Below are positions 1 through 9,284 of a stretch of DNA of 26,891 nucleotides, piece by piece. This DNA comes from an uncultured bacterium (GTDB lineage Bacteria > Abyssobacteria > SURF-5), in assembly GCA_964607485.1 (NCBI GenBank), contig CAZSKP010000050.1:1-26891 (forward strand). The letters are read 5' to 3'. Made by a program: the position numbers and the translations under genes. Below the pieces are notes generated by a model, which did not search any database, was not told the DNA's origin, and was given only the letters and a program-made list of their open reading frames with translations. The stretch's first letter is position 1; each line of letters opens with the position of its first letter.

Positions 1-46
1 GTGACGGATTGGACAGGGAACCCGCTTATTGGAGAAGGAGAACCCA

Positions 47-739
47 ATGACAGAGAAAAATGGTCCGCTGACTGAATTGCGCAAGAATGTCATCTTGGGC
101 CGCATTGACAAGGATGAAGACCTTTATGAAGACATGATAGGCCAACCCGGCGTCGTCGAACTGACCCGACGGTGCGTAACAGACGGATTGGCAGTCAGAG
201 AGATTCTCCATGAAGGCCTCATCAACAGCATGGATGAGGTCGGGAGAAAATACGAGGACGGTGAATATTTCCTGCCCGACCTCATAGCCTCGGCCGACGC
301 GATGATTGCGGGCATGGAAGTCCTCAAACCCTATCTGCTCGAAGAACAGATAGAGGCGCGAGGCACGGTGATGATGGCGACCGTCGAGGGAGACGAGCAC
401 GACATCGGAAAGAATCTGGTGGGCATCATGCTGCGGGCCGCCGGCTTTGCACTGGTTGACCTTGGCACGCGTGTCAGCGCGACGGAAATCGCCAAGTCGG
501 TCGCCGAACACAAGCCCGACCTGCTCGGGCTGAGCGCACTGCTCACCTCCACGATGCCGCATATGAAAGAAACCATCGCCGAGTTGGAAAAGCAAGGACT
601 ACGGAAAGACCTGCGCATCATGGTCGGCGGGGCGCCCGTGTCTCCGGAGTTCGCACAGTCCATCGGCGCGGACGCGTACGGAGAGGACGCCTTCGAGGCC
701 GTGGAAAAGGCGAAACGGTTGACGGGAGTGGTCACATGA
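47..739 (+). CDS. Corrinoid (cobalamin-binding) methyl-acceptor protein, MttC/MtgC/MtaC-like
   Basis: B12-binding motif GDEHDIGKNLV (DxHxxG), LLGLSALLTSTM, IMVGGAPV and IGADAY; N-terminal cap domain (GLINSMDEVGRKYEDGEYFLPDL). ATG at 47 follows AAGGAG (35-40) and is preferred over TTG at 29. Confidence 0.93.
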   Translation: MTEKNGPLTELRKNVILGRIDKDEDLYEDMIGQPGVVELTRRCVTDGLAVREILHEGLINSMDEVGRKYEDGEYFLPDLIASADAMIAGMEVLKPYLLEEQIEARGTVMMATVEGDEHDIGKNLVGIMLRAAGFALVDLGTRVSATEIAKSVAEHKPDLLGLSALLTSTMPHMKETIAELEKQGLRKDLRIMVGGAPVSPEFAQSIGADAYGEDAFEAVEKAKRLTGVVT

Positions 740-1338
740 AACGGCGAATACTCAGCCGGCTCGATATCAAGACAAATCCCGAATCGGTGCTCAAGAGGCT
801 CGGCAGTGGAATCGACCGGCGGAAATGGGCTCGGGCAGTTGGCCGGATTTTCCGGGAGCACCAGTCTCGGATTAAGCCGAGGGGCGTTTATCACGAGGTC
901 ATCTGCCGGCCGAACGGGGCCGCGGTGGATATTGGAAGAGGGTTTCATCTTCGGAGCGAGTTCCTGAGAAAGCGCGTTGGAAGAGACGAGAAGGCGGCCA
1001 TATTTCTGGTTACCATCGGCTCCGAAATCGAAGAAATCATACGAGATGAGAGCCGCAGGGGGAGCAACAGGAGGGCCTACATTCTCGATTGCCTCGGTTC
1101 CACTGCGGCCGAGAACGCCGCCGCAGCGATTCAACGCGTGGTTCAGGAAGCGTTCGGAACAACAATGTGTCGTTACAGCCCCGGCTACAACGACTGGCAT
1201 ATCGAGCAACAGAAAATCCTGTTCGAGTTTCTCGGCTCTGAGGCAACCGAGGTGATTGGTGTCGATCTGACGGATGACTGTATGATGCTGCCCCGCAAAT
1301 CGGTCAGCGGGATCATCGTTCCGAAAAACAGTTCGTAG
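736..1338 (+). CDS. Stand-alone B12-dependent methionine synthase activation (AdoMet-binding) domain protein
   Basis: Motifs FLVTIG, YILDCLGSTAAE, RYSPGYNDW and MMLPRKSVSGII match the MetH C-terminal reactivation-domain family; ATGA overlap with the corrinoid protein gene. Confidence 0.85.
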   Translation: MKRRILSRLDIKTNPESVLKRLGSGIDRRKWARAVGRIFREHQSRIKPRGVYHEVICRPNGAAVDIGRGFHLRSEFLRKRVGRDEKAAIFLVTIGSEIEEIIRDESRRGSNRRAYILDCLGSTAAENAAAAIQRVVQEAFGTTMCRYSPGYNDWHIEQQKILFEFLGSEATEVIGVDLTDDCMMLPRKSVSGIIVPKNSS

Positions 1339-1469
1339 GCTCCCTTTTTGCCCAAGAATCTGCGCTTTTCCAGAAAAGCGACTATTGTGAGGTTGATTAC
1401 CCCGTGAAGACACAAAGACAAGAAGAAAAGGCGAGGCCGGAGCATTCCGGCATTGAACGGAAGAAATCG

Positions 1470-2924
1470 ATGGCGGCACGCAGAGGAATACCCGGCGGCG
1501 CATACAAGCCGCTCAGCGGCTCAGATATGGAGAGCGTGTGCAAGACGAGCTTCAAACTCCTGAGCGACGTGGGCATCCTGGTTCAGGAACCGGAGGCCCT
1601 GGAATATCTTGATAAGGCACATGCCCTGGTTAATCGCACATCCAAGATAGTCAAGATACCCGCATCGCTGGTTCACGAATGCCTCGAAGCCTGTCCCTCA
1701 CGCGTGACGCTCTATGGGCGGGATGACTCCCAAAACATCGTTCTTGAAGACGACCGCGTATACGCAGGCACCGGCGGCACGGCGCTGAACATACTCGAGT
1801 TCGATGCAGACCTCACGCGTCCCGCTCAATTGCAGGACCTCAAGTCTATCTGCCGGCTGGTGGATGCACTGGAAAACATACATTTCATTGTCCTCCCCAC
1901 GTATCCCAACGACCTGGAAATCAGCCGGGTGGACGTGAACCGCTTTTTCGCCGGGCTGAGCCAAAGTTCAAAGCATATCATGGGCGGAGTGTACACGGTT
2001 GACGGGCTGCGGCAGGTCATCCGGCTGGGAGAAATCGTTGCGGGAGGCCCCGACGCACTCCGCAAACGACCCATCATCTCCGTGATTACCTGTGTCATGA
2101 GTCCGCTCAAGCTGGACAGTCATTATGCACAGCTCATGATTGAAGCGGCGAAGGCTGGAATTCCCCTCTCCGTCCCTGCGGAACCGCTTGCAGCGGCGAC
2201 CTCGCCCGCGACGTTGGCGGGGACGCTCGCCGTTCAGGTTGCCGACAGCCTTGCCGGCGTCGTCTTGACCCAGATTGTCAATCCCGGCACTCCTGTCATT
2301 TTCGGGTCTGTGGCGACCACGACGGACCTGCGCGACATGAAGTATCTCGGAGCATCGGTAGAGAGCGGCCTCCTGAATGCTGCCGGCGCGCAAATTGCCC
2401 AACACCTGAAGGTGCCGTATTATGCAACGGCGGGGATGAGCGACTCGAAAACCGTCGATTGTCAGTGCGGCTACGAATCGGCGTTGACGCTCCTCCTCAC
2501 CGCTCTCTCCGGGGCCAACTTCATACACGATGCCGCCGGACTCATGGAATTCGCAAGCACGGTCAGCTATGAAAAATACGTCGTTGACAACGAAATCATC
2601 GGCATGGTCATGCGCGCACTCGAAGGAATCAGGGTGAATCCCTCTACTCTGGCGTTCAGCACGATCAAGGACGTAGGCCCGGGCGGCAATTTCCTCTCTG
2701 AACGCCACACCGTGAAACACATGAGAAGAGAAAACTATTTCCCCACCATCACCAATCGCGATCTTCGCACCAAATGGATTGCAGACGGCAAGCAGGACAC
2801 GTACGCAACTGCAAGCGAGAAGGTCCGCGAGATATTGGAGCGACACAAACCGCTGCCTCTGCCCGAGGAGGTGCTTGGCAACATTCGCAAGGAATTCCAT
2901 GGGATACTGGCGGACCATGATTGA
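1470..2924 (+). CDS. Trimethylamine methyltransferase (MttB) superfamily protein, non-pyrrolysine, copy 1
   Basis: YKPLS, SPLKLD, SPATLAGTL, NPGTPVIFGS, AGMSDSKTVDCQCGYE, GANFIHDAAGLME and VGPGGNFLSERHT are MttB/MtgB-family features; no in-frame TAG. An alternative GTG start lies at 1404. Confidence 0.92.
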   Translation: MAARRGIPGGAYKPLSGSDMESVCKTSFKLLSDVGILVQEPEALEYLDKAHALVNRTSKIVKIPASLVHECLEACPSRVTLYGRDDSQNIVLEDDRVYAGTGGTALNILEFDADLTRPAQLQDLKSICRLVDALENIHFIVLPTYPNDLEISRVDVNRFFAGLSQSSKHIMGGVYTVDGLRQVIRLGEIVAGGPDALRKRPIISVITCVMSPLKLDSHYAQLMIEAAKAGIPLSVPAEPLAAATSPATLAGTLAVQVADSLAGVVLTQIVNPGTPVIFGSVATTTDLRDMKYLGASVESGLLNAAGAQIAQHLKVPYYATAGMSDSKTVDCQCGYESALTLLLTALSGANFIHDAAGLMEFASTVSYEKYVVDNEIIGMVMRALEGIRVNPSTLAFSTIKDVGPGGNFLSERHTVKHMRRENYFPTITNRDLRTKWIADGKQDTYATASEKVREILERHKPLPLPEEVLGNIRKEFHGILADHD

Positions 2925-2933
2925 GGGGGCGGC

Positions 2934-3743
2934 GTGATCATCATCGGCGAAAAAATCAACGCGACGAGGAAGCGGATAGGAGAGGCCCTTCAGAAGAGGG
3001 ACGCGGGCTATTTGCGGCAAGTCTGTCAGGAACAGGACAGGGCGGGCGCTGACTATATAGACGTCAATGTCGGGACCGGCGACGAGAGCATAGACCGTGA
3101 AGCCTCAACAATGGAGTGGCTCGTGCGAGAACTCGAGGAAGTCTCTGAGAAACCCTTTTGCATCGACAGCTCCAGTCCCGAAGTCATTGAGGCGGGAGTC
3201 AAGGCGTGCAGTCGCGCCGTGCCGATGATCAACTCGGTAAACGGCGCCGCCGAGAAAATGGAAGCGCTGTTTCCCATTGCCGCGGAACACAAGACTCCGA
3301 TGGTTGCGCTCCCCGTGACCGAAGAGGGAATTCCCAAGGGACCGGATGATCGGGTTCGAGTGTGCAAGGCGATCCTCGAGCGTGCGGCCGAATTCGATAT
3401 TCCCGACGACGCATTGTTTTTCGATCCGCTGGTGGTACCCCTGTCCACGGGAGAAAAGCAAGGCGAGATAACGTTGGAAACGATAGCCAGACTCGAGGCG
3501 TTGCCCGGCGGAGCACGAACGGTCGTGGGATTGAGTAACATCTCCTTCGGGCTGCCCCATCGGTCGCTCATAAACCGCGCCTTTCTCACGATGGCGGTGG
3601 GCGCCGGGTTGGACGCCGCCATTCTCGACCCGAGCGATGCCAGGCTCATATCAGGACTGAAGGCAGCGGAATTGGTCGCCGGCAGAGACAGAAGATGCCG
3701 AAGATATGTGCGGGCGCACAATGAAGGGCGCCTTGTCGATTAG
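2934..3743 (+). CDS. Methyltetrahydrofolate:corrinoid methyltransferase (AcsE/MtgA-like pterin-binding TIM barrel), copy 1
   Basis: MIIIGEKINATRK, GADYIDVN, CIDSS, MINSV, FFDPLV, GLSNISFGLPHR and GLDAAILDP. Confidence 0.92.
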   Translation: MIIIGEKINATRKRIGEALQKRDAGYLRQVCQEQDRAGADYIDVNVGTGDESIDREASTMEWLVRELEEVSEKPFCIDSSSPEVIEAGVKACSRAVPMINSVNGAAEKMEALFPIAAEHKTPMVALPVTEEGIPKGPDDRVRVCKAILERAAEFDIPDDALFFDPLVVPLSTGEKQGEITLETIARLEALPGGARTVVGLSNISFGLPHRSLINRAFLTMAVGAGLDAAILDPSDARLISGLKAAELVAGRDRRCRRYVRAHNEGRLVD

Positions 3744-3783
3744 GAACTGAACTCAGGAAGGAAGTCAGAGGTCAGGCGAGATT

Positions 3784-5349
3784 ATGCAAGTACGGTCTCA
3801 GAGAGAAGGGGTCCTCGTTACCCCGTACGAACGCCTTACAGACGATCAAGTAAGCGCAGTACATCGTGCTTCCCTGGAGATTCTTGGGAACATAGGGATT
3901 GTTTGCGGCAACACGCAGGCCATGGAACTTTACGCGGATAACGGAGCGAAGATCGAGGCGCGCGACGGGACGACGATCGCAAAGCTTCCATCGAAACTGG
4001 TCGAGCGCTGTATCGAATCCTCGCCTTCAACTGTTTTGCTGGGCGCGCGCAATCCCGATAATCGTCTCATTCTGAACGCAGATGAGTCGCGCGTACGATT
4101 CGGCACCGGGTCAGAAACAAATGTTTGGCTGGACCTGCAGTGGGATAACGGAACCGCGGAGGCGGAAATCCCTTGTTGCGACGGCGAATCCCCCGGCTCG
4201 GACGAAGGCGCTCACATCCCTTCTTTCAGGAAAATGCGCGGAACGTTGGACCTCCTGTGCAAATCGGCCTGCCTTTGCGAACAGCTCGATTCGGTGGATT
4301 TCTTCATCCGAAACGTGAACATACAGGACGCCGAAATCGATGATGAAAACAAGGATGTCAATGTCTTCCTGGCGAGCCTGTCTAACATAACGAAGCACGT
4401 CATGGCCGGCATAAATCGAGTGGATAAGCTTCCGAATGTGATCAGGATGGCCGAAACAATCGCCGGAGGCGCGGCCGCGTTTGCGGAGAATCCCATCATC
4501 TCGTTCATCACGTGCGTCATCAAGAGCCCCCTCCAAATGGTCGACGACACCGCGGACAAATTGATCGCAATCGCCCGGCGCGGCATCCCGCTCGTGATAT
4601 CCTCCTCGCCCCAGGGCGGGGCTACGGGCCCCATCGACGAGGGGGACATGGTTGCGATGATAAACGCCGAGATTCTTGCCGGCATTGCCCTGGCTCAGCT
4701 TGTGCGGTCCGGAACGCCGGTTCTCTACGGCGCGGTTCCGGCAAGGGCGCGGATGGACACGCTCCACAACATGTACGGCGCTCCCGAATCGAACCAGTAC
4801 AACATCGACTGCGTTCAGATGGCGCGGCTTTATAAGATACCGTGCTATTCGACTGCGGGCGTCAGCGACGCCGCAATTCCGGGAATACAGGCGACCGTGG
4901 AACGATTGTTCTCGCATCTGAGCGTGACAATGAGTGGACCTCATTATCTTCACTATGCGTTCGGACTCTTGGACAAGACGAACATCTTTTGCCCGGCCCA
5001 GGCCGTGCTCGACGACGCACACATTGCGGCCGTCAAGCATTTCTGCCGGCAGCCGGCGGTCTCCGAATCGCGATTGAACAGAGGGATTCAGCAACTGCAA
5101 CAAACGATGGCCTCCTCTCACAAGCTGTTTGCACGGTTCGCGCGCAAGGGCATGCGCGACGGAAGCGTCTATCCTCCTTACCCGTTTGAGACTGCGGACA
5201 TGATGGATACGACGCTCTATCAGGCCGACGAACGCGCTCGCGAACTGATGCACAGGGAAACCGAGCCCATTGCGAGGGAGATAGTCGAAGATATTTGTGA
5301 AACGATCCCCGGCATTCTGCCGGAACTCAGGGCAACGATGAAGGGTTGA
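3784..5349 (+). CDS. MttB-superfamily methyltransferase, non-pyrrolysine, divergent copy 2
   Basis: PYERLTDDQVSAVHRASLEIL, KSPLQM, GATGPI, NAEILAGIALAQLVRSGTPVLYG and AGVSDA; the C-terminus diverges from copy 1. Confidence 0.88.
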   Translation: MQVRSQREGVLVTPYERLTDDQVSAVHRASLEILGNIGIVCGNTQAMELYADNGAKIEARDGTTIAKLPSKLVERCIESSPSTVLLGARNPDNRLILNADESRVRFGTGSETNVWLDLQWDNGTAEAEIPCCDGESPGSDEGAHIPSFRKMRGTLDLLCKSACLCEQLDSVDFFIRNVNIQDAEIDDENKDVNVFLASLSNITKHVMAGINRVDKLPNVIRMAETIAGGAAAFAENPIISFITCVIKSPLQMVDDTADKLIAIARRGIPLVISSSPQGGATGPIDEGDMVAMINAEILAGIALAQLVRSGTPVLYGAVPARARMDTLHNMYGAPESNQYNIDCVQMARLYKIPCYSTAGVSDAAIPGIQATVERLFSHLSVTMSGPHYLHYAFGLLDKTNIFCPAQAVLDDAHIAAVKHFCRQPAVSESRLNRGIQQLQQTMASSHKLFARFARKGMRDGSVYPPYPFETADMMDTTLYQADERARELMHRETEPIAREIVEDICETIPGILPELRATMKG

Positions 5350-5362
5350 GTGGTGACGCGTC

Positions 5363-6619
5363 ATGGAAACCGGTTCAGCTTACAGCGAGGCAATCAATTC
5401 GGGGCAGTACAAGAAAGAGCTGGGGCTGATAAAGAAATATGACAACGTTCGAATCTACTGGGAAGACGAAATAACGCGCGCCTTCCTGAGGCCCTATCTC
5501 GAGAAATTGATCGCGGAAAAAGAAGACCGATTGCAGCGACTGAGGATTCTCGACCTCGGATGCGGCAGCGGCGACGGCTTTGAGCTGCTCAAAGGAGTCC
5601 GCCGAAAAGATAACAACCTGACGACGCAGGAAATACACGCCATAAGCCAGGAGGACCTCGGCCTGTACCTGGGCGTGGACAACAATGCCGGGCTGATCGA
5701 GCAGGCAAGAGAGGTCCACGGCGAGAATCCCAAGCTCGAGTTTATCGAGGGCGACTTCTCGAACTTGACGCAACTGCTTGCGGGATACCCGCCCTTCGAC
5801 TTGCTCTTCAGCTCCTACGGGACGATGTCGCACTGCAGCGACGAGATGTTCGTCGATTTGACGCTCCAGGCGATGGAATATGCCGGGGACAACGCCATCG
5901 TCGTGTGCGACTGGCTCGGACGCCACGCATACGCATGGCAGGACATCTGGAGAAACGATTACACCGAAAGCCAGCACATGGACTACCGCATCTCCTACAT
6001 CTATCCCGACGAGATACGAGACAGCCTTGAGTTGGAAAGTTTTCCACTCAGGCTGATGAGCTCCGAGGAGGTGCTGCGCCTCATCGACAAGGTCAACGAA
6101 GCGGGGAAGAAGAAGCTGCGCCTGCTCAAGCTGGCTGACAGGTCTATCTTCGTCAGCCGTCACATGGACACGGGTGACTACAACAAGAAGTGCCAGCCGA
6201 TACGGCGCAGGGTCAACTCGCTCCACGAGGATTTCATGAGGACCCCGCTTGAACAACTGATAATAGATTACTATCCCAAGCCCGGGTTCAGCGAGGTCAA
6301 CGCGTATCTCGAAAAACTGCAGGTGTGCTGGAACACGCTCGTGAAATATGCGATGTTTCTCCTTGAAAGCTACGACAGAGACAGGGAGAAATTCCGGGAA
6401 GACAAGAAGGTCACGGGCGATTATCCCGAACCCTTGAGGAAAGGCATGCGGGAAATGAAGAAGGTGATTCAGGGAACCGGTTGGATTCAGACCGGAGACG
6501 TGAGAGCGAACATCATCGAGCCCCAACTGGGCTATGCGCTCAGGCAGCTCGAGATCGAGCTGCAGCAGGGTCTCGGCGTCGGCCACGGGCTCGTCGCGAT
6601 ACTTGAAGTTCACGGATAG
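5363..6619 (+). CDS. Class I SAM-dependent methyltransferase of unknown substrate (418 aa)
   Basis: Motif I ILDLGCGSGDG, acidic motif II YLGVD, EGDFS and FDLLFSSYG; long C-terminal region of unknown family. Confidence 0.82.
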   Translation: METGSAYSEAINSGQYKKELGLIKKYDNVRIYWEDEITRAFLRPYLEKLIAEKEDRLQRLRILDLGCGSGDGFELLKGVRRKDNNLTTQEIHAISQEDLGLYLGVDNNAGLIEQAREVHGENPKLEFIEGDFSNLTQLLAGYPPFDLLFSSYGTMSHCSDEMFVDLTLQAMEYAGDNAIVVCDWLGRHAYAWQDIWRNDYTESQHMDYRISYIYPDEIRDSLELESFPLRLMSSEEVLRLIDKVNEAGKKKLRLLKLADRSIFVSRHMDTGDYNKKCQPIRRRVNSLHEDFMRTPLEQLIIDYYPKPGFSEVNAYLEKLQVCWNTLVKYAMFLLESYDRDREKFREDKKVTGDYPEPLRKGMREMKKVIQGTGWIQTGDVRANIIEPQLGYALRQLEIELQQGLGVGHGLVAILEVHG

Positions 6620-6633
6620 GCGGCCCGTCCGAA

Positions 6634-7620
6634 ATGATTGAACTCAAGAACGTTTCGAAGATTTATCCGGATAATCAGGTGGCGGTAAACGACCTCTCCA
6701 TAACGGTGAAGGAAGGCGAGACGGTTGTCCTCATCGGCCCCAGCGGATGCGGAAAAACAACGACGCTTAAGATGATTAACCGGCTCATCGAGCCTACCGT
6801 GGGCGAAATATTCATTGACGGGAACGATATTTACAAGCTGAACGCTGTCACCCTGAGGCGTGACATCGGTTACGTGATCCAGCGGATCGGGCTGTTTCCG
6901 CACATGACGATCGAGGAGAACGTCTCAATCGTACCGTCGCTGTTGGGGTGGCCGGCGACAAAGAAACGCAGCCGCGCCAGGGAGCTGATGAGTCTCGTGG
7001 GATTAGCGCCCGATGTGTATTCCCATCGGATGCCCGATGAATTGAGCGGAGGACAGCGGCAGAGGATCGGCGTTGCGAGGGCTCTTGCCGCCAACCCCCC
7101 GATCTTGCTCATGGATGAGCCGTTCGGAGCGCTCGACCCGATAACCCGGCGCGATCTCCAGGAAGAGTTCCAGAATCTGAAGAACAGGATCAAGAAAACG
7201 ATTGTCTTCGTCACGCACGACATCATCGAGGCCGTGACGCTCGGAGATCGTATCGCCGTTATGGACAAAGGAAAACTCATGCAGTTCGGGCCGCCGCGGG
7301 AAGTCGTGCGCAATCCGGCGAACCCGACCGTCGAGAAGATCATCGGCCATCAGCTCTTTCAACTTACCCTGAGCTCGGAGACGATACGGAATACAATTGA
7401 AGAACAACCGTGGACTGCGTCGGAGTCGCCTCCCGAGGGCGTTGACGAGAATATGAGCCTTCTGGCTGCACTGAATTTGATGATTGAAAACGATGCGAGT
7501 GTTTTGCCTGTCGTGAGCAGCGAAGGTCATTTGAAGGGACTCCTCCGCAGGAAACGGTTGCTGCAGGAAATAGACAAAGTGTTCGCAGGGGAGTCGCGTC
7601 GGAGTGATTCCGGTGGGTGA
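6634..7620 (+). CDS. ABC transporter ATP-binding subunit, osmoprotectant/quaternary-amine family (OpuCA/OsmV-like) with C-terminal CBS-like region
   Basis: Walker A GPSGCGKTT, YVIQRIGLFPHMT, LSGGQRQRIGVARAL, Walker B LLMDEPFGALDP and FVTHD; CBS-like LPVVSSEGHLKGLL. Confidence 0.93.
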   Translation: MIELKNVSKIYPDNQVAVNDLSITVKEGETVVLIGPSGCGKTTTLKMINRLIEPTVGEIFIDGNDIYKLNAVTLRRDIGYVIQRIGLFPHMTIEENVSIVPSLLGWPATKKRSRARELMSLVGLAPDVYSHRMPDELSGGQRQRIGVARALAANPPILLMDEPFGALDPITRRDLQEEFQNLKNRIKKTIVFVTHDIIEAVTLGDRIAVMDKGKLMQFGPPREVVRNPANPTVEKIIGHQLFQLTLSSETIRNTIEEQPWTASESPPEGVDENMSLLAALNLMIENDASVLPVVSSEGHLKGLLRRKRLLQEIDKVFAGESRRSDSGG

Positions 7621-7635
7621 TTCAAAGGAATATCA

Positions 7636-9174
7636 GTGACTGAGTACGTCCAGTTTATTCTGTCCCGACTGCCCGAAATCGGGTGGTTGACGGTCGAGCA
7701 CGTCAGAATCACGCTCATATCGGTCGCGCTCGCGGTCGCAATCGGCGTCCCGCTGGGGGTCGTGCTTGTGAGGGCCCGACAGCTTGCGACCCCTGTCATT
7801 GGAGCCACGAGCGTGATTCAAACGATTCCGAGTCTGGCGCTGTTGGGATTTATGATTCCGCTGTTGGGAATCGGCGTCAAACCGGCCATCGTTGCGCTGT
7901 TTCTCTATGCTCTCCTGCCGATCGTGCGCAACACCTATACGGGAATCGACGGAGTCGACCCGGCCTTGGTCGAAGCGGGAAGAGGGATGGGCATGACAGA
8001 CGTGCAAATGCTCAGGAAAGTTCAGATACCCCTGTCTCTGCCCGTCATCATGGCGGGAATAAGGACCTCCACGGTCATTAACGTGGGGGTGGCGACCTTG
8101 TGCGCGCTCATCGGGGCCGGAGGATTGGGAGAACTCATATTCCGCGGCATCGCGATGGTAAACAGCCAAATGATCCTCGCCGGCGCGCTGCCGGCGGCGA
8201 TACTAGCGCTCGTGTTTGACGGCGCGCTCGGTCTAATTCAGGGAGGACTGATCAAAGGAAGGCGAGCTTCCTATCGGCTCATCGCCGGTCTGGTTCTGTC
8301 GATGGGGTTGATTCTCGTCGCTTTTGTTCCGTCGGGATTCGGCAAGAAGACGGAGAAACAGATTACTATCGGATCAAAGGAGTTCACGGAGCAGATTATT
8401 CTCGGGGAGATGCTCGCCCAGCTGGTTGAATCCAGGACGGGTGTCACCGTAGAAAAGAAATTCGGACTTGGCGGAACCATGGTCTGCTTCAATGCGCTCA
8501 AGAACGGCGAAATCGACCTCTATCCGGAATATACGGGCACGGGATTGACCGCCATCCTCAACCGTGAAGTTGTCACGGACCCCGACGAAGTGTACAGGAT
8601 CGTGAGAGATGAGTTTGAGAGGAAATTCGACCTGGTCTGGCTGCGTCCCTTCGGCTTCAACAATACTTATGCGCTGGCGATGCGAAGTGACCAAGCGGAA
8701 CAACTGGGCCTGAGCAAAATCAGCGATCTCTCCGGCAGGGACCTCGGACTGGTCCCCGGATTTACGCAGGAGTTCCTGGAGAGGCCCGACGGCTATCCCG
8801 GGCTTGTGAAAGATTACGCTCTGGAGTTCGCCGCCGAACCCAGAGGAATGGACCCCGGGCTCATGTATATCGCCTTGAAGGAAGGGAATGTGGACATTAT
8901 CTGCGCCTTCGCAACCGACGGGCGCATTCCGGCGTTTGACCTGCGGGTACTTGAGGATGACAGGCACTATTTTCCTCCCTACTATGCGGCGCCGCTTGTC
9001 CGCGAGGAGACCCTGGCGAGAGTGCCCGAGCTCGGCTCCATCCTGAATGAGTTGGCGGGTGTCATCACCGACGAGAAAATGGCCTCTTTGAACTATCAAG
9101 TGGATGAAGAAGGAAAGGCTCCCGAGACGGTTGCCTCGGAGTTTCTGCGAGAGGCCGGCCTGATTGCACAATGA
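7636..9174 (+). CDS. Fused ABC permease plus substrate-binding protein, glycine betaine/choline/carnitine family (OpuFB-like)
   Basis: Permease: QTIPSLALLG, EAGRGMGMT (EAA loop) and IGAGGLG. Binding domain: IGSKEFTEQ, IDLYPEYTGT, NNTYAL, AFATDG and FPPYYA. GTG start after AAGGA. Confidence 0.92.
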   Translation: MTEYVQFILSRLPEIGWLTVEHVRITLISVALAVAIGVPLGVVLVRARQLATPVIGATSVIQTIPSLALLGFMIPLLGIGVKPAIVALFLYALLPIVRNTYTGIDGVDPALVEAGRGMGMTDVQMLRKVQIPLSLPVIMAGIRTSTVINVGVATLCALIGAGGLGELIFRGIAMVNSQMILAGALPAAILALVFDGALGLIQGGLIKGRRASYRLIAGLVLSMGLILVAFVPSGFGKKTEKQITIGSKEFTEQIILGEMLAQLVESRTGVTVEKKFGLGGTMVCFNALKNGEIDLYPEYTGTGLTAILNREVVTDPDEVYRIVRDEFERKFDLVWLRPFGFNNTYALAMRSDQAEQLGLSKISDLSGRDLGLVPGFTQEFLERPDGYPGLVKDYALEFAAEPRGMDPGLMYIALKEGNVDIICAFATDGRIPAFDLRVLEDDRHYFPPYYAAPLVREETLARVPELGSILNELAGVITDEKMASLNYQVDEEGKAPETVASEFLREAGLIAQ

Positions 9175-9284
9175 TCGCGGCGGAAATCGAAGGAAAGGTC
9201 TTGTGGCGGTCGCTTCGTGAGTCGGAGGTCTGCCATTCTGAGATTCTCGTGGATTCTGGAAGCACGGAGAGAAGGGAGTAACGC

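Noticed and set aside
1363-1380. Palindrome CGCTTTT-CCAG-AAAAGCG before MttB copy 1
   Set aside because: Short, no U-tail and no second copy noticed, so no function can be assigned.
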